From assembly GCA_944324305.1 (NCBI GenBank), contig CALUVV010000006.1, positions 90,655 through 154,654 of the forward strand: a stretch of DNA of 64,000 nucleotides, read 5' to 3'. The notes below the pieces were generated by a model. It made no database searches and was not told the origin of the DNA. It worked only from the letters and a program-made list of their open reading frames with translations. A program made the position numbers and the translations under genes. The DNA comes from Candidatus Gastranaerophilales bacterium. GTDB lineage: Bacteria; Cyanobacteriota; Vampirovibrionia; Gastranaerophilales; Gastranaerophilaceae. Within the stretch, counting starts at the first letter, position 1, and each line of letters begins with the position of its first letter. This document shows positions 18,857-30,759 of this stretch, piece by piece.

Positions 18857-20326
18857 ATGACAGACGTAAGAGTCAGAATTGCTCCGTCACCAAGCGGAAA
18901 TTTGCACATAGGTACGGCCAGAACGGCTTTATTTAACTATTTGTTTGCTAAAAAAAATAACGGAAAGTTTGTTTTAAGAATTGAAGATACCGATGCCGAA
19001 CGTACAAGCCAGGCTTATATCGATAATATTTTTGACAGCTTAAAAGCTTTAGGCTTAAACTGGGATGAAGGTCCCGATGTAGGCGGTCCTTACGGTCCTT
19101 ATACACAATCGGAAAGATTTGACATTTATCCTAAATATGTTCAAGAGCTTCTGGATAAAGGTTTTGCGTACGAATGTTACTGCACGCCCGAAGAACTTGA
19201 AGCAGAAAAGAAAGAAGCTGCTGAAAATAAAAAACCTTATGTTTATACAAAAAAATGTTTAAACTTAACAGATGAAGAAAAGGCAAAATTAAAAGCTGAA
19301 GGCAGAAAACCCGCTATAAGATTTAATATTGCCAAAGCGCAAAAAGCTTTCCACGAAACTTCAATGCTGACTTTTGATGATATGGTTAAAGGCGAATTGC
19401 ATGTTGATACAAATCTTCTCGGCGACTTTGTTATTATGAAGTCAAACGGAACTCCTACTTACAACTTTGCTGTTGTAATTGATGATATGTTAATGAAAAT
19501 TTCACATGTTATCAGAGGTGAAGACCATATTTCAAATACTTTCAAACAGATTTTAATATTTGAAGCTTTAGGTGCTGAAGTTCCGAAGTTCGGACATTTG
19601 GGCATGATTTTGGCTCCAGACAGAAGTAAACTTTCAAAACGCCACGGCGCAACTGCCGTTTCAGAATTCGTTGAAAAAGGTTATTTGACCGACGCTTTGA
19701 TTAACTTTGTTGCACTTCTCGGCTGGTCGCCTTCTGACGGTCAGGAAATTAAAACCGTAGATGAAATTGCACAGGATTTCAGAATTAACGAAATTTCTTC
19801 ATCAAATTCAATTTTTGAATACGACAAATTGAACTGGATGAACAGCCACTACATTAAAATGCTTTCTATTCCCGAATTGAAGGAAAGATTAAAACCGTAT
19901 TTGACAAAATATGATTTGAATGAATTAACAGATGCTCAATATACACGTATGGTTGAAATTACATACGAACCTTTGACGCTTTTATCTGATATTACTGATG
20001 CCGTCCCTTATTTCTTCGGACAGGATGTGGAATTTGACGAAAAAGCAAAAGAAACGCTTGATACAGAAGTATCTCAAGATGTTTTAAAAACATTTATGGA
20101 GCAGGCTCAGGACTGGGAGTGGACAGAAGAAAATCTTCATGAAAAACTTGAAGCTTTCAGAGCATATTACAAAGAAAAAGGCGTTAAACCGAAAGTTACA
20201 ATGTGGGCAATAAGAGCAGCTGTAACAGGAAGAATTTGCGGTGCGGATATGACAGCAATTCTTGCAATTATCGGCAGGGAAAAAACATTCCGCCGTGTAA
20301 AAGCCGCAATGAAACAGACTGTATAG
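18857..20326 (+). CDS. gltX: glutamate--tRNA ligase
   Basis: Class I motifs: HIGT context (PSGNLHIGTARTALFNY) and KLSKRHG. Confidence 0.95.
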   Translation: MTDVRVRIAPSPSGNLHIGTARTALFNYLFAKKNNGKFVLRIEDTDAERTSQAYIDNIFDSLKALGLNWDEGPDVGGPYGPYTQSERFDIYPKYVQELLDKGFAYECYCTPEELEAEKKEAAENKKPYVYTKKCLNLTDEEKAKLKAEGRKPAIRFNIAKAQKAFHETSMLTFDDMVKGELHVDTNLLGDFVIMKSNGTPTYNFAVVIDDMLMKISHVIRGEDHISNTFKQILIFEALGAEVPKFGHLGMILAPDRSKLSKRHGATAVSEFVEKGYLTDALINFVALLGWSPSDGQEIKTVDEIAQDFRINEISSSNSIFEYDKLNWMNSHYIKMLSIPELKERLKPYLTKYDLNELTDAQYTRMVEITYEPLTLLSDITDAVPYFFGQDVEFDEKAKETLDTEVSQDVLKTFMEQAQDWEWTEENLHEKLEAFRAYYKEKGVKPKVTMWAIRAAVTGRICGADMTAILAIIGREKTFRRVKAAMKQTV

Positions 20327-20346
20327 CCTTAAAAAATAACTCAGAT

Positions 20347-20387
20347 AAAAACGGGTTTGATAAAAATCAGATCCGTTTTTATTTTTT
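20347..20387 (+). terminator. rho-independent terminator after gltX
   Basis: Stem 20351-20361 pairs with 20366-20376 (two G-U pairs), followed by a T-run. Confidence 0.6.
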
Positions 20388-20692
20388 AATAAATATTTAC
20401 AAATTAGAAAAATTTTTAAAGAAAATTCTATTTAGTCCGTAAATGTTTATATATATGTATTGTTAATTATTTGGGGTTGATTATGGTTGATATCTACATT
20501 ACTTCTAATGAGATAAAAAAATATATTTTTATGATAGTTTTGTTCAACGCAATTTTTCCAAAGGTATTGGAGCAGAGCGGAATGATGATAAATATCGAAG
20601 ATGCCGAAGACTCCGGTTATATTTGCAGGATGCCGTATAATAATTTTATTGACAGGTATGATATGTACGGATTAAATCAGATTGCAGAATAA

Positions 20693-20857
20693 TTAGATTT
20701 CGTCGCGTTTCTTGTCGCTTTTGGTGATAATAAGTTTTCCGGCTTCAACTGTATATTCAACTAAATCTGTTTCAGGATTAACTTTTAACAGTTCAAGAAT
20801 TGTCTTGTTAACTGTAATTGCCCAGCCGTTACCGTTTCTGATTAATTTTCTGTACAT
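20693..20857 (-). CDS. AbrB/MazE/SpoVT-type DNA-binding protein (54 aa), absent from the ORF track
   Basis: My translation: MYRKLIRNGNGWAITVNKTILELLKVNPETDLVEYTVEAGKLIITKSDKKRDEI. It fits the swapped-hairpin SpoVT-AbrB pattern. Confidence 0.55.
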   Translation of the reverse strand: MYRKLIRNGNGWAITVNKTILELLKVNPETDLVEYTVEAGKLIITKSDKKRDEI

Positions 20858-20885
20858 TATAAAAACCTTAATACTTACATTTAAC

Positions 20886-20915
20886 TTGACAATATAATAT
20901 TGTATGTGGTATTAT
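20886..20915 (+). promoter_or_regulatory. strong sigma70-like promoter (TTGACA-N18-TATTAT with TGg extended -10) upstream of rsmH
   Basis: TTGACA at 20886-20891, TGGTATTAT at 20907-20915. Confidence 0.5.
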
Positions 20916-20975
20916 TTTTCTAATCTTACAATGTATCTAATAAAATCAGATACATTCAGATGGCTTCTACAACTG

Positions 20976-21004
20976 AGAGCAGACACCCCACGTCTGCTCT
21001 TTTC
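20976..21004 (+). terminator. terminator-like hairpin in the rsmH 5' leader (possible attenuator or end of a small RNA)
   Basis: AGAGCAGAC-ACCCCAC-GTCTGCTCT perfect 9-bp stem followed by TTTC, 17-20 nt before ATG 21021. Confidence 0.4.
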
Positions 21005-21020
21005 ATGTTACAATTCTTTT

Positions 21021-21956
21021 ATGGAAGAATTTACTCATTATACGGTTATGAAAAACGAAGCCGTTGACGCGCTGGAATGCAAATCAGGCAAAATATACGT
21101 TGATTGTACTCTTGGCGGCGGCGGGCACAGCGGCTTAATCTTAAGCCGTATTCAGCCTGACGGAAAACTGATTGCTTTTGATGTCGACGAGGACGCAATT
21201 AAGGCGGCTTCTGAACGTCTAAAAGATTACAATAACTTAACAATAGTTAAAAATTCTTATACTAATATTAAAAAAGTTTTACATGAACTCGGTATTCAAA
21301 AAATCACGGGCGGTGTACTGTTTGACCTCGGAGCATCATATCACCAGTTCCATAAAGGCGAAAGAGGTTTTTCGTTTTCAAAAGAAGCCCCGCTTGACAT
21401 GAGATTTAATCAAGATGCGGATTTTTCGGCTTATGATGTTGTTAATACTTACTCCGAACAGGATTTGGTCAGAATTTTCTCTGAATACGGTGAAGAAAGA
21501 TTTTCAAAAAGAATTGCAAAAAAAATTGTTGAACAAAGAAACGTGAAAAAACTTGAAACAACTACGGAATTGGCTGATTTGATAGTAAACTGCACCCCTC
21601 ATGTAAAATCATCAATTCACCCTGCAACACGTGTTTTTCAGGCAATTCGCATAGAAGTAAACCAAGAGTTAACAAATGTAAAAAATACTCTGAACGATGT
21701 GTTGGATTTGCTCGACTTTGGTGCTATAATAAGTGTAATAAGTTTTCACTCGTTAGAGGATAGGTTAGTGAAACACTTATTCAAGTATCACTCGCAGAGG
21801 TGCCATTGTGATAAATCGCAGATGATATGCCACTGTCCGCCTCCGATACTGGAATTGGTTAATAAAAAACCGATTACTGCGGGTGATGAGGAGATAAAAA
21901 TTAATCCTCCGTCGAGAAGTGCCAAACTTAGAATAGCAAGATGCATAAGGCACTGA
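21021..21956 (+). CDS. rsmH: 16S rRNA (cytosine1402-N4)-methyltransferase
   Basis: MraW motifs (HYTVM, VDCTLGGGGHS, FDLGASYHQF). I prefer the internal ATG 21021 to ORF-track 20904, whose extension overlaps the promoter and hairpins. Confidence 0.9.
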   Translation: MEEFTHYTVMKNEAVDALECKSGKIYVDCTLGGGGHSGLILSRIQPDGKLIAFDVDEDAIKAASERLKDYNNLTIVKNSYTNIKKVLHELGIQKITGGVLFDLGASYHQFHKGERGFSFSKEAPLDMRFNQDADFSAYDVVNTYSEQDLVRIFSEYGEERFSKRIAKKIVEQRNVKKLETTTELADLIVNCTPHVKSSIHPATRVFQAIRIEVNQELTNVKNTLNDVLDLLDFGAIISVISFHSLEDRLVKHLFKYHSQRCHCDKSQMICHCPPPILELVNKKPITAGDEEIKINPPSRSAKLRIARCIRH

Positions 21957-21981
21957 TTACGCAGAAACTGGGGTAGAAGAA

Positions 21982-22452
21982 TTGAATACAGCAAGAGTAA
22001 GAAAATTAGAATTAGAAGTTTCGGAAGAGAAATATTCAAACCAATCATACGTAAATAATCCGATAAGAGAAGAAAATCAAGTTATTGAAGGTTATTTTCA
22101 AAAGGAGATTTCGCAAAAAGCCATGGCTATCAGAAAAGTAAATAAAACTTTATGCGGTTTACTCGGCGTTGCGGTGTTTATTGCATTCGTAGGCTATTAC
22201 TTTGCGATGTCAAATGAGCTTACTCTTAATAAATTAAGCCGCCAAATTACTACTCTTAATGACGAAAATGCTGAATTGCAAAATCAGTTAGACAGATTAA
22301 AATCATTCAATAACGTTGACAGTAAAATGATGCAGTATAATATGCTTCAAAAAGCCGCTAAAGTTATTGAGGTTCCTGCTGTAACTTCGGCTGTTTCGAT
22401 TGATAATAAACCCGAAAAAACAGCTTCTTTTAACTGGGCTGTAGGTTATTAA
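21982..22452 (+). CDS. ftsL: cell division protein FtsL-like
   Basis: Directly downstream of rsmH. Single TM helix followed by a coiled coil (LNDENAELQNQLDRLK). Confidence 0.55.
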   Translation: MNTARVRKLELEVSEEKYSNQSYVNNPIREENQVIEGYFQKEISQKAMAIRKVNKTLCGLLGVAVFIAFVGYYFAMSNELTLNKLSRQITTLNDENAELQNQLDRLKSFNNVDSKMMQYNMLQKAAKVIEVPAVTSAVSIDNKPEKTASFNWAVGY

Positions 22453-22568
22453 TTATACTTTTGTTTGAAATTTCCCATACTAAAGTATGAATTTTTGTAA
22501 AATTCATTAAAGTTTTTTTCATACTGTGCCGTAATAAATTTTGAAGGCATGTATGTAAGGAAAATTTC

Positions 22569-23819
22569 ATGAAAAACGAAGAGAATAAAAATGGTGTGTC
22601 ACTCTTTTCACAATCTGATTACCTTGTAGGGCAGGATCCGATTGAAGAAATTTTTGCGCTTAATTTAGGTGACTTTATCGCGGAAAATCTTATTTCTGAG
22701 GATTTGGCGAGAAAAATAGGAAACAGCGTTAAAGATAAAAAAGCCGGTTTAATTAATCAGCTGAAAGAACTTATTTCCATATATTCATTGCAAAATACAT
22801 TATGTGTATTGAGTTTTGATAAATCAGAAGAACGTGCAATTTATGCATCTATTGCGCAATCAGTAAAACAAATGTTGGAAATTAAGGCATGCCGTATTTA
22901 TCTTGAAAAAGAAAATGAATTAATTCTTGCAGGGGCGACTTGCGACTGTGATATTAAATATCCGATTGATGAAAATTCTGCAGCCGGCAGGGCTTTTATT
23001 TCGCAAGAAACTGTTTATGGTGATTTAACGGCAATTCCGATGTATTGTAATATAAAATCTACAGGGGTAATTGTTTTAGATAATGATGCTCCCGTAAATA
23101 AAGAATATATTGATCTTGTTGAAAGCATTGCAATTCTTTTTGCTACTTCAATGACTTTACAGCATGTAATTGATGAAGCAAATAAGCTTATCGATGATGA
23201 ACATTCAACTGTTGGTGATTTACAGCACATAAGAGCTGAACTGACAGCCTTAATCGGCGATTTATGCGACTATCAGCAAAGTTTTGTAGAACATCTTGCC
23301 TATGCCGTTGATACAAAAGGGCAATACACAGTATCGCATTCAAAAAATACGGCAAAACTTGCAAGGCTTATTTGTAAACAACTCGGTTTAAATGAAAAAA
23401 CAACCGATTTAATATATTATGCCGGCTTATTGCAAAATATCGGTAAAATTGCACTGCCTGAAAGGATTTTTGCCGCTAACGGAAAACTTTCTCCTGAAGA
23501 ATTGAAAAAAATTCAAGAACATTCAAATATCGGCGTGCATTTGCTGATGAACATTAACTTCCTGTCAGAAGTTGTTCCTTATATAACTTATCAGAAAGAA
23601 AGATATGACGGTTCGGGAGAACCTGAAGGCTTAAAGGGACAATCAATTCCGTTCGGTTCAAGAATTATTGCCGCTGCAGACGCTTACTCCGCAATGACAT
23701 CCGACAGACCTTACAGAAAGGCAATGCAGGCTGAAAAGGCACTAGAAATTATGAAATCGGAAGCAGGTTCAAAGTGGGATCCCGTTGTCGTAAATGCTCT
23801 GGCAGAAATAATAAAATAA
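22569..23819 (+). CDS. GAF-domain HD-GYP phosphohydrolase (putative c-di-GMP phosphodiesterase)
   Basis: HD context (VSHSKNTAKLA), ERYDGSGEPEGLKG and AADAYSAMTSDRPYR. Confidence 0.85.
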   Translation: MKNEENKNGVSLFSQSDYLVGQDPIEEIFALNLGDFIAENLISEDLARKIGNSVKDKKAGLINQLKELISIYSLQNTLCVLSFDKSEERAIYASIAQSVKQMLEIKACRIYLEKENELILAGATCDCDIKYPIDENSAAGRAFISQETVYGDLTAIPMYCNIKSTGVIVLDNDAPVNKEYIDLVESIAILFATSMTLQHVIDEANKLIDDEHSTVGDLQHIRAELTALIGDLCDYQQSFVEHLAYAVDTKGQYTVSHSKNTAKLARLICKQLGLNEKTTDLIYYAGLLQNIGKIALPERIFAANGKLSPEELKKIQEHSNIGVHLLMNINFLSEVVPYITYQKERYDGSGEPEGLKGQSIPFGSRIIAAADAYSAMTSDRPYRKAMQAEKALEIMKSEAGSKWDPVVVNALAEIIK

Positions 23820-23838
23820 TCAGCAATTTCATATATAA

Positions 23839-23873
23839 AGAGCCGCCATATATAATGGCGGCTCTGCTTTTTT
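23839..23873. terminator. bidirectional terminator between convergent genes
   Basis: AGAGCCGCCAT-ATATA-ATGGCGGCTCT perfect 11-bp stem followed by a GCTTTTTT run. Confidence 0.7.
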
Positions 23874-24165
23874 ACTGAACGATGCTGAATGAAACGATTT
23901 TATCAATTGAAATATTAAGCCAGTCATATTTAAAACAGACATAATCATTACACTTGCATTCATCATCATCGCATGTGCAGTAATCAGAAAGTCTGCACAC
24001 TAATGCGTTTTCTAAAGTGATAAAGTCTTCATGGCATTCTTCACATTTTCCCTCGGGCATAAATAAGTTACCGTCAATTTTTAAATGTCCGGTAAAAATC
24101 GTAATTTTGTCAGTTCCGCTTTCTTCAATAATTTTTCCGATAGATTTTAACAGATGTTTAGACAT
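23872..24165 (-). CDS. Cys-rich hypothetical protein
   Basis: 97-aa ORF with CEEC and C.CDDDECKC clusters. No family recognised. Confidence 0.45.
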   Translation of the reverse strand: MSKHLLKSIGKIIEESGTDKITIFTGHLKIDGNLFMPEGKCEECHEDFITLENALVCRLSDYCTCDDDECKCNDYVCFKYDWLNISIDKIVSFSIVQ

Positions 24166-24240
24166 AAAATACTCCTTTAAGTTTTACAAAGAATACTATA
24201 AAGGAGATTATAAATTTTTTAATTGCTCACAAGGCTATTA

Positions 24241-25056
24241 TTACGGCTTAAACCCGGAAACTTTAGCCGCAATTTCCCTGTAATCAGGCAGTTTATCCAT
24301 AGTTAAAATATACAATGACGGTGATGCGCCGTCCCCTATATTCGGAAACATATTTGCGTCGTCGCATCCGCCCTGAAGATAACTTTCCATAGAGCATAAT
24401 CCCTTTGTAACCTGAGCAGGAAAAGTATTGCTTATGAAAGGAAAAATATCTTTTTGAGTAGATATACATATATTTGTTAACTCTTCTGAAATATCTCCGC
24501 ATCCGACGGTAAACGTGTGAACATCTTTGCCAAATCTGTTGGGACCTTTTCTGCCGTTTGTATCAACAAGCACCTTAAAAGCATTCGCATCAACATCGAC
24601 ATTTAATACCATGCCGTCAGGCAGTGCATAAAAACAACCTATTCCTGTTCTGTTAACCATTCCATAGCCGTTTGAAACCTGATCTCCGTAATAGTTATAA
24701 CTCACATCAGGAACCCAGCTTCCTGCAGAAGCCCCGTCAGGAGCCATTTCTACATATTTCATTTTTTTAGCGACTTCGGCAAATGCGTCGCAGTTATTGT
24801 CACCATAGCCCATGCCTTCTATACAGGTCGCAATATCTATCCCTTCGCATCCCTGATCGGCCTTAAACATAATAATGGCGTTGGAAAAATTGGAATATAA
24901 TTTTTTAAACGCAACAACATATTGTTTGTTATTATGCTCATTGACAAGCGAAGGCAGCGTCATCGCCGCGACAACACCTATAATCCCGAGAGTTATAAGA
25001 ACTTCCGCAAGAGTGAATGCCGATATTTTTTTTATAAAGTAATTTTTGAACACCAT
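24241..25056 (-). CDS. type IV prepilin-like protein (L5), no G/C tract
   Basis: MVFKNYFIKKISA|FTLAEVLITLGIIGVVAAMTLPSL with an intact ATG and leader. Confidence 0.85.
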   Translation of the reverse strand: MVFKNYFIKKISAFTLAEVLITLGIIGVVAAMTLPSLVNEHNNKQYVVAFKKLYSNFSNAIIMFKADQGCEGIDIATCIEGMGYGDNNCDAFAEVAKKMKYVEMAPDGASAGSWVPDVSYNYYGDQVSNGYGMVNRTGIGCFYALPDGMVLNVDVDANAFKVLVDTNGRKGPNRFGKDVHTFTVGCGDISEELTNICISTQKDIFPFISNTFPAQVTKGLCSMESYLQGGCDDANMFPNIGDGASPSLYILTMDKLPDYREIAAKVSGFKP

Positions 25057-25179
25057 TTATCTTATAATAGAGTATTTTTTTATACTTTTCAAGTAGTTAA
25101 GTTCTGTTAATTTTTGTCATAAATTCGTCAAATGAATATGTTTATGTTACAATATTGTCAAGGGAATTAGACTAATTAA

Positions 25180-27741
<2,562 letters not shown>

Positions 27742-27742
27742 T

Positions 27743-27770
27743 AAAAAGTCCCGTTTAAGGGACTTTTTAT
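27743..27770 (+). terminator. rho-independent terminator after gyrB
   Basis: AAAAGTCCC-GTTTAA-GGGACTTTT followed by T. Confidence 0.7.
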
Positions 27771-27962
27771 TTGAACAAAATTTTTTCTTGATGTAATATG
27801 ATTACATAAATTAGACGAAAGAGCTTGTAGGTTAGGATACTTACCCCACAAATGTTAAATAAAAAACTTGTAAAAAAATTTTTGCTACCTGATTATATAT
27901 TTTTACAAAATAGCAAATTTTTTTTTTAAGATGTTTTAACTTCCTTGTGAAAGGAGATATAA

Positions 27963-28454
27963 ATGTTAATAGGAAATCATTACAAGCAGCGAAACACCTT
28001 TAATGTTTCAACAAATATGACGACTTCTAACCCGATGAAAAGAAATGCTCAAGCTCAAGTAGCAGACAGCATTTCTTTCAGAGGTAACCATATAGGTGAA
28101 CTGACAGAATTTGTAAACAAATACTCAAAACGGATACCTGTAGAGCAAATATGCGGAGATGATATTAATTTAACGTTTTTCGGAGTCAGAAAAATTGGCG
28201 AACCGCCTATAGAAAAATTTAAAAACTTAGCAGAACCTATAAAAGCTATGCTGGATAAACGTAATGGTGAAGTCTCATACATAGAACTGGGACCTGTTTT
28301 TGATAGTCAGGGGACTGCACTTCAAACAATGGGACTCGGACATTTATTAGGCGAATGGAAAGTTCTGTCTCCAGATACCGTAACCGGATTTCTTCCTGCA
28401 GAAGTAAAAAAACACTTGGCAGGTATGGGAATGGTAACTATAAAAAATATATAG
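27963..28454 (+). CDS. hypothetical protein
   Basis: 163-aa ORF with GGAG upstream. No family recognised. Confidence 0.5.
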   Translation: MLIGNHYKQRNTFNVSTNMTTSNPMKRNAQAQVADSISFRGNHIGELTEFVNKYSKRIPVEQICGDDINLTFFGVRKIGEPPIEKFKNLAEPIKAMLDKRNGEVSYIELGPVFDSQGTALQTMGLGHLLGEWKVLSPDTVTGFLPAEVKKHLAGMGMVTIKNI

Positions 28455-28528
28455 CATAGCCTGATTATCCATTTACTGCACCTGTATTTTCACATGAGAT
28501 AAAATATTACGGCAATGCAGAAAAGTCC

Positions 28529-28556
28529 GTGGGTTGGGCATACCTGCCCAACCCAC
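28529..28556. other. orphan GC-rich perfect hairpin (12-bp stem, 4-nt loop)
   Basis: GTGGGTTGGGCA-TACC-TGCCCAACCCAC, with no T-run on the plus strand. Confidence 0.6.
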
Positions 28557-28717
28557 TAACTTAGCCAAATACGCAGCAACGGCTTTTAAGCAGGCGGCAA
28601 AAATTAACTGTTGCCTTATTAATTTTATAGTTTTTTTAAGCTTATAACATTGAAATATAGTCTTAATTGTAGTACAATCAAAGCATAGGATATTAAAAAG
28701 AAGAAAAGAGACGAGAA

Positions 28718-29380
28718 ATGATAAAAAAAGAACTTATATTTTTAGGACCTCCTGCCTGCGGTAAGGGTACACAGACAAACAAATTAGCTGAATACTTACA
28801 TTTTCCTCACGTTGACACAGGCTCATTATTGAGAGCTGAAATTAAAGGAGAAACTGAAGCAGGAAAAGAAGCTAAAGCTTATATCGATAAAGGACAGCTT
28901 GTTCCTGTTGAATTAGTTACAAGAATTATTAAAAACAGACTTTCTCAGGAAGATTGTAAAAACGGTTATATTTTAGACGGTTTCCCGAGAAGCGTTGAAC
29001 AGGCAGAAGAACTCGAAAAAATGAATGCAGAAATCGATAACGATATTGATACAAAATTCATTGCTGTATACTTTGATATTGACACGAGCATTCTTGTTGA
29101 AAGAATTGTTAACCGCCGTTCCTGCCCTGTATGCGGGGAAATTTATAACCTTGAATTTAAACCGCCCAAAGTTGAAGGGCATTGTGATAAAGACGGTGCG
29201 GAACTTACCCAGCGTAAAGATGATACAAGAGAAGTTGCGCAATCAAGATTTGATACATATAATAAAGAAACAGCTCCGTTAATTGATTACTATACTAAGA
29301 AAGGCGTTTTAAAATCAATTGACGCTAACGGCTCAATTGACGAAGTCTGGGAAAGATTATTGAAGGTAATAAATGATTAA
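28718..29380 (+). CDS. adk: adenylate kinase (zinc-lid type)
   Basis: P-loop GPPACGKGTQ. Lid with CPVCG...C.KDG. Confidence 0.95.
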   Translation: MIKKELIFLGPPACGKGTQTNKLAEYLHFPHVDTGSLLRAEIKGETEAGKEAKAYIDKGQLVPVELVTRIIKNRLSQEDCKNGYILDGFPRSVEQAEELEKMNAEIDNDIDTKFIAVYFDIDTSILVERIVNRRSCPVCGEIYNLEFKPPKVEGHCDKDGAELTQRKDDTREVAQSRFDTYNKETAPLIDYYTKKGVLKSIDANGSIDEVWERLLKVIND

Positions 29381-30125
29381 TCGAAAATCACGTGATGAAA
29401 TTAAAAGAATACGTCATGCAGGCCATATTGTTGCTCTCGTGCATCAAAAGATGAGAGAAGTTATCGAACCAGGAATAAGCACAAAAGAACTTGACAATAT
29501 TGCGTATTCTATTATTAAGAAAGAACGTGCAATACCGACATTTTTAGGATATCACGGTTTTCCGGCATCTATCTGCGCATCAATTAACGAGCAGGTAGTC
29601 CACGGAATTCCGCATGAAGATGTGAAAGTTAAAGAAGGCGATATAATAAGTATTGATGTCGGTGCAACGTATGCGGGTATGGTCGGAGACGGTGCCTGGA
29701 CTTACCCTGTCGGAAAAATCAGTGATGAATGCAGGAGGCTTTTAAAAGCAACCGAAGAAGCTCTTTTTGCAGGTATTGCGCAAATGAAAGCGGGAAATGT
29801 TCTTGATGATGTATCAGGAGCAATTGAGGCTGTTGCTGTCAGAGAAAAATTAGGTATTGTCCGTCAATACGGCGGTCACGGTGTAGGGCATGAAATGCAT
29901 GAAGAACCGTTCTTATTTAACTATAAAGTCGGCGACAGAACATTGCTTAAACAGGGTTATGCAATAGCAATAGAACCTATGTTAAATTTAGGCGGTGATG
30001 CTGTAGAAGTTGCAGATGATGAATGGACTGTAAGCACAACAGATAAAAGACCTTCGGCACACTTTGAACATTCCGTTCTTGTGACTGACGATGGACCTGT
30101 AATAATTACGCAGCTTATGGCGTAA
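29373..30125 (+). CDS. map: type I methionine aminopeptidase
   Basis: MetAP motifs (VVHGIP, DVGA, GHGVGHEMHE, IEPM). Overlaps adk by 8 nt. Confidence 0.95.
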   Translation: MINRKSRDEIKRIRHAGHIVALVHQKMREVIEPGISTKELDNIAYSIIKKERAIPTFLGYHGFPASICASINEQVVHGIPHEDVKVKEGDIISIDVGATYAGMVGDGAWTYPVGKISDECRRLLKATEEALFAGIAQMKAGNVLDDVSGAIEAVAVREKLGIVRQYGGHGVGHEMHEEPFLFNYKVGDRTLLKQGYAIAIEPMLNLGGDAVEVADDEWTVSTTDKRPSAHFEHSVLVTDDGPVIITQLMA

Positions 30126-30135
30126 GGAGAATTTT

Positions 30136-30759
30136 ATGAATTACTATATAGGCTTATCGCTTGCGGCTTCATCGGGAATGGACAGCGGTATTGCGGTATT
30201 AGACGAAGATAACACTCTTATTCTTGTGGATAAATTATACACAATGAATGATGTAATGTTCTTTTTCGATAATTTTCCTTCGCTGAAATATTCGAAAGTT
30301 TGTGTTTCTCTTGTATGGGACAGAACAATGCTTAACGGGAAATGGCGTATACTCGGTAAGCCTTATCAAATGGTTGCTACAAATCCCTTAATCCCCAATC
30401 GTGAAGGCTGGACGCAGAGATATTCGACACGCGGATGCGAATATTTTAAATCATTGTCGGAAAAAGGTGTTGAAGTTAACCGTTTTGAATTATATTTGAC
30501 AAGGCAAAGCATGCATTTAAATTCTTGCTACAAAGAACGTTCGCCCGCTGATTGCAAATTTCTTCAGCAAACTTTAAAAAATGAGTGGCAGCTTGATTTA
30601 CCGTTAAATATGATGCCTATGTCACAGCTTGAAGCAATTGTGGGGGCTCTTTTAGCTAAAGAAAATACTAAAAATCCCGATAATATAAAAATATTATCAC
30701 ATTTTAGAAATGCTGATGTAATTGATGTAATTGATAAGCCTAAGCTGCTTGCGGTTTAA
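30136..30759 (+). CDS. hypothetical protein (N-terminus faintly RNase H-like/DUF429-like)
   Basis: 207-aa ORF coupled to map. IGLSLAASSGMDSGIAVLD at the N-terminus is only a weak fold hint. Confidence 0.5.
   Translation: MNYYIGLSLAASSGMDSGIAVLDEDNTLILVDKLYTMNDVMFFFDNFPSLKYSKVCVSLVWDRTMLNGKWRILGKPYQMVATNPLIPNREGWTQRYSTRGCEYFKSLSEKGVEVNRFELYLTRQSMHLNSCYKERSPADCKFLQQTLKNEWQLDLPLNMMPMSQLEAIVGALLAKENTKNPDNIKILSHFRNADVIDVIDKPKLLAV

Noticed and set aside
20471-20897. ORF-track ORFs 20471..20692 and 20712..20897 (plus strand)
   Set aside because: ORF 20712..20897 is antisense to the well-formed AbrB-like ORF (20693..20857). ORF 20471..20692 has no recognisable features or strong RBS and is left uncalled.
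25026-25033. A8 run (T8 as given) in the L5 leader as another phase switch
   Set aside because: A/T runs of this length are common in this AT-rich sequence, and the gene is in frame with an ordinary start. There is no evidence of switching.
27963-28100. A shared N-terminal motif (x-S/T-F-K/R/T-G/S/A) among hypothetical proteins at 7574, 8059, 27963, 43297 and 52533
   Set aside because: The pattern (ISFRGN, ASFKST, ITFTAQ, PAFGAQ, QNFNGK) is too short and degenerate to tell from chance by eye.
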